Source: a bacterium
GTDB lineage: Bacteria; Omnitrophota; Gorgyraeia; Aquiviventales; Aquiviventaceae
Reading direction: 5' to 3'
Length of the DNA: 64,000 bases
Assembly: GCA_036396895.1 (NCBI GenBank)
Contig: DASWKB010000004.1
Coordinates: 8,829 to 72,828, forward strand
Part shown: positions 18,664 through 27,365 of the stretch, piece after piece
Numbering within the stretch: the first letter of the stretch is position 1
Layout of the letters: every line of letters starts with the position of its first letter
Made by a program: the position numbers and the translations under genes
The notes under the pieces: model-generated
Told to the model about the DNA's origin: nothing
The model's input: the letters and a program-made list of their open reading frames with translations, nothing else
The model's database searches: none

Positions 18664-19926
18664 CTAGCCCTGAGACGGCCGGGCGGCCGCGCTCGCCAAC
18701 TGCTCGGCGAGATTCGCTTCGAACGACGCCAACGACGGGCGGATCCGCACGCCGGCGCCGACCCGGTTGACCAAGGGCTCCAGCGTCTTCAGCCCGTTGC
18801 CGGTGATGCAAATGACGATCGATTCGTCGCGGGGGATCCGGCCCTGCTCGATCAGTTTCCCGGCGGCCGCAACGGTCACCCCACCCGCCGTCTCGGTGAA
18901 CACGCCCTCGGTCTGGGCGAGGAGTTTCATCGCGTCGACGATCTCCTCGTCCGTGACGGCCTCGCCCCACCCGCCGGACTCGAGGGCCGTTTTCGTCGCG
19001 TAGTAGCCGTCGGCCGGGTTGCCGATCGCGAGGGACTTGGCGATCGTGTTGGGCTTGACGGGCTTGACGATGTCGCTGCGCTCCTGGATGGTGGTGACGA
19101 TCGGCGCGCACCCCGACGCCTGAGCGGCGTAGAACTTGGTGCGCGGCTCGCCGATCAGGCCCAGCCGGTGGAATTCCTTGAACGCCTTGCTGATCTTGGT
19201 GATGAGCGACCCGCCGGCGCAGGGCACGACGATGTGCGCGGGGGTCCGCCATCCGAACTGCTCCGCGATCTCGTAGCCGTACGTCTTGGATCCTTCCGCG
19301 TAGTACGGGCGGATGTTGATGTTGACGAACGCCCACGGGTACTTGCCGCCGATCTCGGCGCAGAGCCGGTTCACCTCGTCGTAGGTGCCTTCGACGGCGA
19401 CCAGCGTCGGCTGGTAGATCAGCGACGCCGCCACCTTGCCCGCCTCGAGGTCGGCGGGGATGAAGATGAAGCGCTTGAACCCGGCCCGCGCCGAGAGCGC
19501 GGACACGGAATTGGCGAGGTTGCCGGTCGAGGCGCACGCGACGGTATCGAAGCCGAGTTCGCGCGCCCGGCTGAGCGCGACCGACACGACCCGGTCCTTG
19601 AACGACAGCGTCGGGTGCGACACCGAGTCGTCCTTGATGTAGAGCTCGCGGACGCCGAGCGCGTCGCCCAGCCGCTCGGCGCGGAAGAAGGGCGTGAAGC
19701 CCGAATGGAACCCCGAGCTGGGCTCCCCGTCGATCGGCAGGAGCTCCCGGTAGCGCCACAACGTCGGCGGACGCGACGCGATCGCCTCACGCGTCAGCAC
19801 CCGGCGGATGCCGTCATAGTCATAATCGACTTCCACGCTGCCGAAGCAGAACTCGCAGACGAAGACGACGTCTTTCGGGTACACTCGCCCGCATTCCCGG
19901 CATCGCAGCCCGATCATATAACTCAT
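18664..19926 (-). CDS. Threonine-synthase-family PLP enzyme with N-terminal Zn-ribbon
   Basis: 420 aa. CRECG..CEFCFG ribbon. SFKDR PLP-lysine motif. Sits directly upstream of the sulfur-carrier gene. Confidence 0.75.
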   Translation of the reverse strand: MSYMIGLRCRECGRVYPKDVVFVCEFCFGSVEVDYDYDGIRRVLTREAIASRPPTLWRYRELLPIDGEPSSGFHSGFTPFFRAERLGDALGVRELYIKDDSVSHPTLSFKDRVVSVALSRARELGFDTVACASTGNLANSVSALSARAGFKRFIFIPADLEAGKVAASLIYQPTLVAVEGTYDEVNRLCAEIGGKYPWAFVNINIRPYYAEGSKTYGYEIAEQFGWRTPAHIVVPCAGGSLITKISKAFKEFHRLGLIGEPRTKFYAAQASGCAPIVTTIQERSDIVKPVKPNTIAKSLAIGNPADGYYATKTALESGGWGEAVTDEEIVDAMKLLAQTEGVFTETAGGVTVAAAGKLIEQGRIPRDESIVICITGNGLKTLEPLVNRVGAGVRIRPSLASFEANLAEQLASAAARPSQG

Positions 19927-19941
19927 CCCGTCACCGCACGC

Positions 19942-20011
19942 GTTCTCTGTGCCTCTGTGGTGTGGTGTTGGATCCTGACGTCCGATACAACGTGTTCTGT
20001 GCCTCTGTGTT
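19942..20011. repeat. CACAGAG-family words, two direct copies in CTCTGTG orientation
   Basis: GTTCTCTGTGCCTCTGTGGTGTGGTGTTGG ... GTTCTGTGCCTCTGTGTT. Related to the arms at 34901 and 45311. Confidence 0.7.
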
Positions 20012-20270
20012 AGGAGGCAGGCGCGCGCTTGCGCACGAGCAGCCGGATGCCTTCCGTCGCCGGCTCGCTCACCAGGATCTCATGCCCCTCGGCCCGCAGG
20101 CCGAACGGCAGCCGCCGGAGCACCTCCCCCTCGTCGAGATGGAGTTCCAGCACCTGACCCTCGCTCATGCCGTCGAGCTGCGTCCTGGCCTTCACGTAGC
20201 TGGAGGACGGGTCCTGCCCGCGCACGTCCAGCGTCGCGTCCACCCGCAAGCCTTGCGTGAATGCATCCAT
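20010..20270 (-). CDS. TusA-fold-like small protein lacking the conserved Cys
   Basis: 86 aa from the in-frame ATG 20270. LDVRGQDPSSSYVKARTQLDGMSEGQVLELHLDEGE aligns with the TusA D-x-R-G-x-x-C-P pattern, but with D-P-S in place of C-P. Confidence 0.45.
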   Translation of the reverse strand: MDAFTQGLRVDATLDVRGQDPSSSYVKARTQLDGMSEGQVLELHLDEGEVLRRLPFGLRAEGHEILVSEPATEGIRLLVRKRAPAS

Positions 20271-20278
20271 CCTGCGCG

Positions 20279-21223
20279 TCACCCCTCGAAATACGGCGCG
20301 ATGCTGAAATAGCGCTCGCCCGTGTCCGGCAGCACCGTCACAACCGTCTTGCCCGCTCCGAGCGCGCGCGCCACGCGCAGCGCCGCCCAGCAAGCCGCCC
20401 CCGAGGAAATCCCGACCAGCAGGCCCTCGCGCTTGGCCAGTTGCCGGGACGTCTCAAACGCGTCCTGGTCCGTCACTTGGATGATGTCGTCGATGATATC
20501 GCGGTTGAGCACCTCAGGCACGAATCCGGCTCCGATGCCCTGGATCATGTGCGGTCCGGGCGCCTTGCCGGACAGCACCGCCGACGCCGCCGGCTCCACC
20601 GCCACCACCCTGATGTTCGGCGATTTCTTCTTGAGGACCTCGCCCACCCCGGTGATCGTGCCGCCGGTGCCGACCCCCGCGACGAACGCGTCGATGTCGC
20701 CCTCGGCGCCCTTCAGGATCTCCTGCGCGGTCGTGCGGCGGTGGACCTCCGGGTTCGCCGGGTTCATGAACTGCTGCGGCATGTACGCGCCCGGCGTGTC
20801 CCGGAGGATCTGCTCGGCGCGCTTGACCGCGCCCATCATGCCCTCCGCCGCCGGCGTCAGCACCACCTCGGCGCCGTAGCTCTTCAGGATCTGAATCCGT
20901 TCGACGCTCATGGAATCCGGCATCGTCAGGACGACGCGGTAGCCCTTGGCGGCGCCGATCATCGCGAGACCGATTCCGGTGTTGCCGCTGGTGGGTTCGA
21001 TGATCGTCGCTCCGGCCGCCAGCAGGCCGCGGGTTTCCGCGTCCTCCACCATCGCGAGGCAGATGCGGTCCTTGACGCTGCCGCCCGGATTGGCGGACTC
21101 CAGCTTCGCGAGAATCGCGGCCATGCCCGGCTCCGGCAGGCGGCTCAGCCGCACGAGCGGAGTCTGCCCGATGAGCTCGGGCACCCGCGCCGCCACCCGC
21201 GCCCGCGCCGAGTTCGCCGTCAT
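20279..21223 (-). CDS. cysM: Cysteine synthase family PLP enzyme (CysM/CysK type)
   Basis: [25 protein letters not shown]-lysine motif, [19 protein letters not shown]. Confidence 0.85.
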   Translation of the reverse strand: MTANSARARVAARVPELIGQTPLVRLSRLPEPGMAAILAKLESANPGGSVKDRICLAMVEDAETRGLLAAGATIIEPTSGNTGIGLAMIGAAKGYRVVLTMPDSMSVERIQILKSYGAEVVLTPAAEGMMGAVKRAEQILRDTPGAYMPQQFMNPANPEVHRRTTAQEILKGAEGDIDAFVAGVGTGGTITGVGEVLKKKSPNIRVVAVEPAASAVLSGKAPGPHMIQGIGAGFVPEVLNRDIIDDIIQVTDQDAFETSRQLAKREGLLVGISSGAACWAALRVARALGAGKTVVTVLPDTGERYFSIAPYFEG

Positions 21224-21459
21224 GCCCGCCGGCCGCGCATCAGGCGCAGCGCGTCCCCGTTGTCCGACACCACGTTATGTCCGCATTCCCGCGCCCACAC
21301 TCCCAGATCCGTCCGGACGTCCGGCGCGTTGTACCGGATGTCCAACTCTCCGCCTGGCGGCAAGCCGCGCATGGCTCTGGCCACGACCCGAAGCGCCTGG
21401 GCGCAGAGCATGTCCTGCACGTCCACGGTCAGCGTCTGCTGAATCATGCCATTATACAC
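21220..21459 (-). CDS. TusA/SirA-family sulfurtransferase-like protein
   Basis: 79 aa; [39 protein letters not shown]. Overlaps the cysM start by 4 nt. Confidence 0.6.
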   Translation of the reverse strand: MYNGMIQQTLTVDVQDMLCAQALRVVARAMRGLPPGGELDIRYNAPDVRTDLGVWARECGHNVVSDNGDALRLMRGRRA

Positions 21460-21490
21460 CAGTCTTCCTCAGCGACCAGCAACCAGCAAC

Positions 21491-21574
21491 CAGAAGTTCT
21501 ACCGAGAAGCTGGAGGCTGGATTTCGCCGATTTCCTTGTTCCAGCTTCCAGCCTCTAGCTTCCAGCATCCGACC
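21491..21574. repeat. Word-built inverted repeat, GGAAGCT family
   Basis: Left CAGAAGTTCTACCGAGAAGCTGGAGGCTGGAT. Right TTCCAGCTTCCAGCCTCTAGCTTCCAGCATCCGACC. Preceded by a CAGCAAC tandem at 21471-21493. Confidence 0.75.
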
Positions 21575-21633
21575 TGAGATCTGGTTCCATGCTAGGCGTG
21601 ACGCGGCATCGGTTCCATGCGGGCGCGCCGCGG

Positions 21634-22035
21634 TCAACCCGACACGACGAGCGGTTCCTCGGTGATGCGGCCGTCTTCGATCCGGTAGCTCGCCACCCGC
21701 GGCTCGGACACGGTCTTGAGCGACACCAGCACGTACGACGCCTCCGAATAGACCGCGAGACTTGCATCCACCGGAGACGGATACGCGTCCGACGCCGTGT
21801 GCGAATGGTAAATGGCCACCATGTCCTGGCCGGCCGCCCTCAGCCGCCTCATGACCCGAAGCTGCTCCTTCGGGTCCATCGCGTAGCTGATGGGGCTGGC
21901 GTCGAGGTTCGTCATCGTGTAGACCTGCGCCGCCCGGCCGCTTCGCCCTCCGAGGATCCCGCAGGCCTCCTTCGGATACTCGGCGCGGCAGTGCGCGACC
22001 ATCTCGTCCCTCACCGCCTTCGAGAGTTCTAACAT
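21634..22035 (-). CDS. JAMM/MPN+ metalloprotease (Mec/CysO-hydrolase type)
   Basis: EACGILGG and HSHTASDAYPSPVD, matching the JAMM motif H-x-H-x7-S-x2-D. Confidence 0.85.
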   Translation of the reverse strand: MLELSKAVRDEMVAHCRAEYPKEACGILGGRSGRAAQVYTMTNLDASPISYAMDPKEQLRVMRRLRAAGQDMVAIYHSHTASDAYPSPVDASLAVYSEASYVLVSLKTVSEPRVASYRIEDGRITEEPLVVSG

Positions 22036-22050
22036 CGCGTCGTGACTGGT

Positions 22051-22140
22051 GCCAAATTCGGAATGGGGAATTCGGAATTCGGAATCTTCAGTAGTTGACC
22101 CGGTGATTCCGCATTCCCAATTCCGAATTCCGCATTTGGC
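22051..22140. repeat. Word-built inverted repeat, GGAAT-heptad family
   Basis: GCCAAATTCGGAATGGGGAATTCGGAATTCGGAATC - loop - GATTCCGCATTCCCAATTCCGAATTCCGCATTTGGC. 31/36 arm positions are complementary. Confidence 0.85.
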
Positions 22141-22150
22141 ATCGTCGTGC

Positions 22151-22906
22151 TCATGAAGCGAGTCCCCAGCGCACGCGCACGAGGCGGTCGAGCCGCTTGA
22201 ACACGAACCCGTCCACCGCCATCCCGATCCCCGCGATCAAGAGCATGATGGCCAACAGTTGATCCACCTGCTGGCCGCGCGCGGCGACGTTCAACAGCTC
22301 TCCCAGCCCGCTGACGGAGATGATGAGCTCCCCGGCCATCAGCGCGCGCCAGCCGAACGCCCAGGCCAGACGAAGCCCGTCGAGGATTTTCGGCGTCGCG
22401 GCCGGAATCACCACATGCCAGAAGAAGGCGGTCCCCGAGGCGCCCAGCGTCCTGGCCGCGCGCACGATCTGCGGCGGCACGTCCTTGATCCCGGAATCGG
22501 TGCTGACCATGACGACCCCCGTCGCGCCGAGGAGGATCGTGAACACGACCGCCTGCTCCGTCAGCCCGAACCACAGGACGGACAACGGGACCCAGGCCGC
22601 GCCGGGAATGGCGTGGATCGCCACCGCCACGCTCCCCATCAGCTCATCGAGCAGCCGGAACCGGCCCAGGAGCATGCCGGCGCTCACTCCGATGGCCACC
22701 ACGAACAGATACCCGATGATCATCCGGCGCAGGCTGCCCCCGAGCGCCTGACGGAACGCCGCGTCGCCGAGGTTCTCCATGAGCACGCGGCCCACGACAA
22801 ACGGGCCCGGCCAGGCCGGGAAGAGCCTCGCCGTGGCTTCCCACAGCGCGGCCAGGACCGCCAGCGCCGCAAGCTTCCTGACGATGGACCGCGCCACCGG
22901 GCTCAT
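22151..22906 (-). CDS. ABC transporter permease, NitT/TauT (nitrate/sulfonate/bicarbonate) family
   Basis: 251 aa, 6 TM-like segments; binding-protein-dependent permease pattern next to an SsuB/TauB-like ATPase. Confidence 0.7.
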   Translation of the reverse strand: MSPVARSIVRKLAALAVLAALWEATARLFPAWPGPFVVGRVLMENLGDAAFRQALGGSLRRMIIGYLFVVAIGVSAGMLLGRFRLLDELMGSVAVAIHAIPGAAWVPLSVLWFGLTEQAVVFTILLGATGVVMVSTDSGIKDVPPQIVRAARTLGASGTAFFWHVVIPAATPKILDGLRLAWAFGWRALMAGELIISVSGLGELLNVAARGQQVDQLLAIMLLIAGIGMAVDGFVFKRLDRLVRVRWGLAS

Positions 22907-22911
22907 CCGCG

Positions 22912-23751
<840 letters not shown>

Positions 23752-23777
23752 GGGGGTGCTGGCCTCCGGCGCCGACG

Positions 23778-24956
23778 CTACGCCGCGGCCTGCTGCCGCA
23801 TGGCGTCGATCAGCACCTCGGCGACCTCCCGACGGGAAATCTCAGGCGGCGGGGGCGTCCCGGCCTGCAGCAGCTCCCGCACCTTGGTCCCGCTCAGCGT
23901 CACGTGCCGCTCCGCCGGGTGCGGGCAGGTCTTGGAGGAGACCATGCCCTCGCAGACGGTGCAGTACGCCGTGTGCTCGAAGCAGAGCGGCGTGATCCCG
24001 ATGTCCCCCGGCGGAAAGTCGTCGAAGATCCGCTGCGCGTCATACGTGCCGTAGAATTTCCCCACCCCGGCGTGGTCGCGGCCCACGATGAAGTGCGTGC
24101 AGCCGTAGTTCTTCCTGATCAGGGCATGGAACACCGCCTCCTTCGGGCCGGCGTAGCGCATCGAGGCGGGATTGACGGCCAGGACGACCCGGTCCGCGGG
24201 ATAGTAGCCGGCCAGCAGCACCTCATAGCTGCGCATCCGGACCGCCGCGGGCACATCGTCCCCCTTCGTCTCGCCGATGATCGGATGGAGCAGGAGCCCG
24301 TCGCAGATTTCAAGCGCGCACTTCTGGATATACTCGTGCGCGCGGTGAATGGGGTTGCGGGTCTGGAACGCGACGACGCGCCGCCAGCCGCGCTCCTGAA
24401 AGATGCGCCGGGTGTCCGCGGGATCGAGCCGGGCGGCCTGAAAGGTCGTCTGCGCCGGCCGGTTCACCACGCTGATCGTCCCGCCGAGTGATACCTCGCC
24501 CGCGCTCATCAATCGCGCGACCCCGGGATGCGACGCGTCCGTCGTGCCGAACACCGCCTGCGCTTCCCGGGCTTTATCCGGCGTATACAGGTCTTCCAGA
24601 TGCAGCACCGCCACGATCTCGCCGCCTGCGCGCAGCGCGACCTCCCGCGCTCCGCGGAGGCGATCGCCCTCGTCCCGGTTCACCGCCAGCGTCACCGGAA
24701 TCGTCCAGACGAGCCCGCCGGCCAGCCGGCCCTTGGCGAGGACGGATTCGTAATCGCGCTTGGCCAGGAAGCCGGTCAGCGGACTGAATCCGCCGATGGC
24801 GATCATCTCGACATCGGACAGCGCCCAGCCGTCCAGCTCAACAGCCGGCGCCTTCGAGGCCTTCGCCAAGAGAAACTCCCGATCCTTGCCCGTCACAATC
24901 CGGTTGATCAAGGTGCCACCGTGGGGCTCTATCATCGGATCCTCATGTTTGTCCAT
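23778..24956 (-). CDS. sat: Sulfate adenylyltransferase (ATP sulfurylase)
   Basis: IEPHGGTLINR, VAFQTRNPIHRAHE, GCTHFIVGRDHAG motifs. Confidence 0.9.
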   Translation of the reverse strand: MDKHEDPMIEPHGGTLINRIVTGKDREFLLAKASKAPAVELDGWALSDVEMIAIGGFSPLTGFLAKRDYESVLAKGRLAGGLVWTIPVTLAVNRDEGDRLRGAREVALRAGGEIVAVLHLEDLYTPDKAREAQAVFGTTDASHPGVARLMSAGEVSLGGTISVVNRPAQTTFQAARLDPADTRRIFQERGWRRVVAFQTRNPIHRAHEYIQKCALEICDGLLLHPIIGETKGDDVPAAVRMRSYEVLLAGYYPADRVVLAVNPASMRYAGPKEAVFHALIRKNYGCTHFIVGRDHAGVGKFYGTYDAQRIFDDFPPGDIGITPLCFEHTAYCTVCEGMVSSKTCPHPAERHVTLSGTKVRELLQAGTPPPPEISRREVAEVLIDAMRQQAAA

Positions 24957-25094
24957 CCTAGGCTGTCATCGCCGGTCCAAAGCCGGAAATCAGCAGTTCG
25001 CAAATGGAGCTGTGAGCTACGATGCCATACATGATAAGATTTGTCAATATAAATGGCCAATTATAAGGCTCATATACTACTGAGTGGATAATGA

Positions 25095-26477
25095 TTACTT
25101 GACAGATTTACGGAGGCGGGAAAGCCAGGCCTTGATGGTCCGTTCGTAGCCAAGGTCAGTCGGCTCGTAGTACCCGAGCGACGCGCCGGAAGGCACGTAG
25201 TCCTGCTTCACGTAGTGCTGAGCGCCCTCGTGCGCGTACTGGTAGCCGACCCCGCGCCCGAGCTGCTCTGCGCCTCGGAAGCTCGACCCTTTCAGATGGT
25301 CGGGCACCTCGAGCGTCCGGCCGGCTTTCACGTCTTTCAGCGCCCGCTCGATGCCAAGGTACGCCGCGTTCGATTTCGGCGCGCAGGCCACATAGACCGT
25401 CGCCTGCGCCAGCGGAATGCGGCACTCGGGCAGCCCGACGAATTCCGACGCGTGCAGCGCCGCCACCGCAAGCGCGAGCGCCTGCGGATCGGCGTTGCCG
25501 ACGTCCTCCGAGGCGCAGATGACGAGGCGGCGCGCGATGAACCGCGGGTCCTCGCCCGCGTAGATCATCTTGGCCAGCCAGTAGAGCGACGCGTCGGGAT
25601 CCGAGCCGCGCATGGACTTGATGTACGCCGAGATCGTATCGTGGTGCGCGTCGCCTTCCTGGTCATACACGACGGCCTTCTTCTGGATGGACTCCTCCGC
25701 GGCCTCGCGGCTGAGCACGACGGTGTCCGAGGCGTCGGGCGGGGTCGTCAGCACCGCAACCTCGAGCGCCTGCAGCGCGCGCCTGGCGTCGCCGTCGCAA
25801 ACGTCGGCCAGGTGCCGCAGCGCGTCGTCGTGCGCGTCGACGGCCCGCGCGCCGAGGCCGCGCTCGCGATCGGCGAGCGCCCGCGTGAGCAGCGTCATCA
25901 CGTCCTCCGCGGACAGCGGCTTGAACTCGCACACCAGCGACCGGGACAGGAGGGCCGAGGCGATCGTGAAGAACGGATTGGCGGTCGTCGCGCCGATCAG
26001 GATCGGATTGCCCTGCTCCACATCGGGCATCAGCACGTCCTGCTGCGCCCGGTTGAAGCGGTGGATTTCATCGAGAAACAGAATCGTCCGCCGCCCGTCA
26101 AGGCGCGCGCGGTCCTTGGCGCGCGTGATGGCGTCCCGGACCTCGCCCACGCCGGCGGCCGTCGCATTCAGCGGCTCCCAGTGCGCCTTCGTCCGGCCGG
26201 CGATCACGTGTGCGAGCGCGGTCTTGCCCGTCCCGGGCGGGCCGTAGAGCACGAGCGACGTCAGGCGGTCCGCTTCAATCGCGCGGCGCAGCAGCTTCCC
26301 CGGCCCGAGCAGGTGCGCCTGGCCCGCGAACTCCTCGAGCGTTCTGGGGCGCATCCGGGCCGCCAGCGGCTGCGCGGCGGCGGGGCCGGTTGCGGACGGC
26401 GCGGGGAACAGCGTGGGCTCCTGCATGGGTCCTCCGGATGAGAAAAACGCCCCGCGACTGCCGTGGGCGCCCGTCAT
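25095..26477 (-). CDS. rarA: Replication-associated recombination protein A (AAA+ ATPase)
   Basis: LAARMRPRTLEEFAGQ.HLLG, LYGPPGTGKTALA, FLDEIHRFN, and the MgsA C-terminal domain. The true start may be the internal MQEPT at 26426. Confidence 0.85.
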   Translation of the reverse strand: MTGAHGSRGAFFSSGGPMQEPTLFPAPSATGPAAAQPLAARMRPRTLEEFAGQAHLLGPGKLLRRAIEADRLTSLVLYGPPGTGKTALAHVIAGRTKAHWEPLNATAAGVGEVRDAITRAKDRARLDGRRTILFLDEIHRFNRAQQDVLMPDVEQGNPILIGATTANPFFTIASALLSRSLVCEFKPLSAEDVMTLLTRALADRERGLGARAVDAHDDALRHLADVCDGDARRALQALEVAVLTTPPDASDTVVLSREAAEESIQKKAVVYDQEGDAHHDTISAYIKSMRGSDPDASLYWLAKMIYAGEDPRFIARRLVICASEDVGNADPQALALAVAALHASEFVGLPECRIPLAQATVYVACAPKSNAAYLGIERALKDVKAGRTLEVPDHLKGSSFRGAEQLGRGVGYQYAHEGAQHYVKQDYVPSGASLGYYEPTDLGYERTIKAWLSRLRKSVK

Positions 26478-26702
26478 TGATGAACCCTTCCCTCATCAGG
26501 TGGGTATCCTCTCCAATCGGGTGAGTGCGTCCCGTGCGTGCTTGGGCATGCACGTCCGAGCGGAAGCCGGATTCCCGGTCACATCGTGTTGGCTCAAAAT
26601 GACAGCGCCTCACGCACAGCGCAGGGCATACGTAGCGTACCACCGGGCGTTGTCGTTGGCAAGGGGGGTCAGGGGGGATTCAGGCCGACCAGCAACCATG
26701 AC

Positions 26703-26727
26703 GGGGCGGGGGGCGGGGGGCGGGGGG
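26703..26727 (+). other. G-quadruplex-type motif, four G-runs separated by single C
   Basis: GGGGCGGGGGGCGGGGGGCGGGGGG read directly from the sequence. Confidence 0.5.
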
Positions 26728-26741
26728 CAATTTAACGTTCT

Positions 26742-26778
26742 GGTCGGAAGCTGGAAGCTAGAGGCTGGAAGCTGGAAT
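26742..26778. repeat. Single arm of the GGAAGCT family (forward orientation)
   Basis: GGTCGGAAGCTGGAAGCTAGAGGCTGGAAGCTGGAAT. Nearly identical to the reverse complement of the arm at 21539-21574. Confidence 0.8.
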
Positions 26779-26919
26779 TAGTAGGAGCGGACCATGATCC
26801 TGAATGTCTGTTCCAACGGTGACTGGCACTTTACTGGTGTCCGTTCAATGAACCATGATGGTGGTCCTCAGGGGATCGAATGAGAAAGTTGAATTCGTAT
26901 CCCGCACGAACCCGAGCGG

Positions 26920-27183
26920 CTAATCAATCCCCGGCCCGTGGAGATACGCGTGCGTCAGGCAGTGGCTCGTCCCACCGTACTGGTATTGGAGCACAATGTC
27001 TTCCTGGTCGTAGACGTACCGGGTGATCGCGCCGTTGACGTCTTTCTCGATCCGCCTCCCCAGGCCGTCGTAGCGGTAGCTGGCAAACGTTCCGTCAGGG
27101 ATATCAATCCTCGTGAGCTGGTTCTCGACGTCGTAGGTGTACGCCGTTGCGCCGGGGCATGGGGCGGGGGGCGCGTCATGCAA
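26920..27183 (-). pseudogene. Orphan RHS/YD-repeat protein fragment
   Basis: 87-aa ORF YTYDVENQLTRIDIPDGTFASYRYDGLGRRIEKDVNGAITRYVYDQEDIVLQY..YLHGPGID-stop. These are YD repeats, with no N-terminal domain, no core end and no toxin tip. Confidence 0.7.
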
Positions 27184-27193
27184 TGGTTGAATT

Positions 27194-27291
27194 GGTAGAG
27201 GATAGAAGGTGGACGGTGGAGGGTAGAAGGTAGAATTGCCACTTTGTACTTTCTATCTTCTATCTTCTACCTTCTACCTTCTATCATCTAT
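27194..27291. repeat. Word-built inverted repeat, GAAGGT family
   Basis: GGTAGAGGATAGAAGGTGGACGGTGGAGGGTAGAAGGTAGAA - loop - CTTTCTATCTTCTATCTTCTACCTTCTACCTTCTATCATCTAT. Confidence 0.8.
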
Positions 27292-27317
27292 ACGATTGCA
27301 TGGTCATTCCCGCCTCG

Positions 27318-27342
27318 TTCCAGCCTCCAGCTTCCAACCAGC
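27318..27342. repeat. Single arm of the GGAAGCT family (reverse orientation)
   Basis: GTTCCAGCCTCCAGCTTCCAACCAGC, inverted relative to the arm at 26742. Confidence 0.65.
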
Positions 27343-27365
27343 GCGCTGGTGTTCTCAGGATGAGC

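Noticed and set aside
24957-25094. AT-rich gap between rarA and sat, considered as a promoter or riboswitch
   Set aside because: A TTGACA and a TATAAT are present on the minus strand, but not at a convincing 16-18-nt spacing. No riboswitch core was recognised, so no feature is called.
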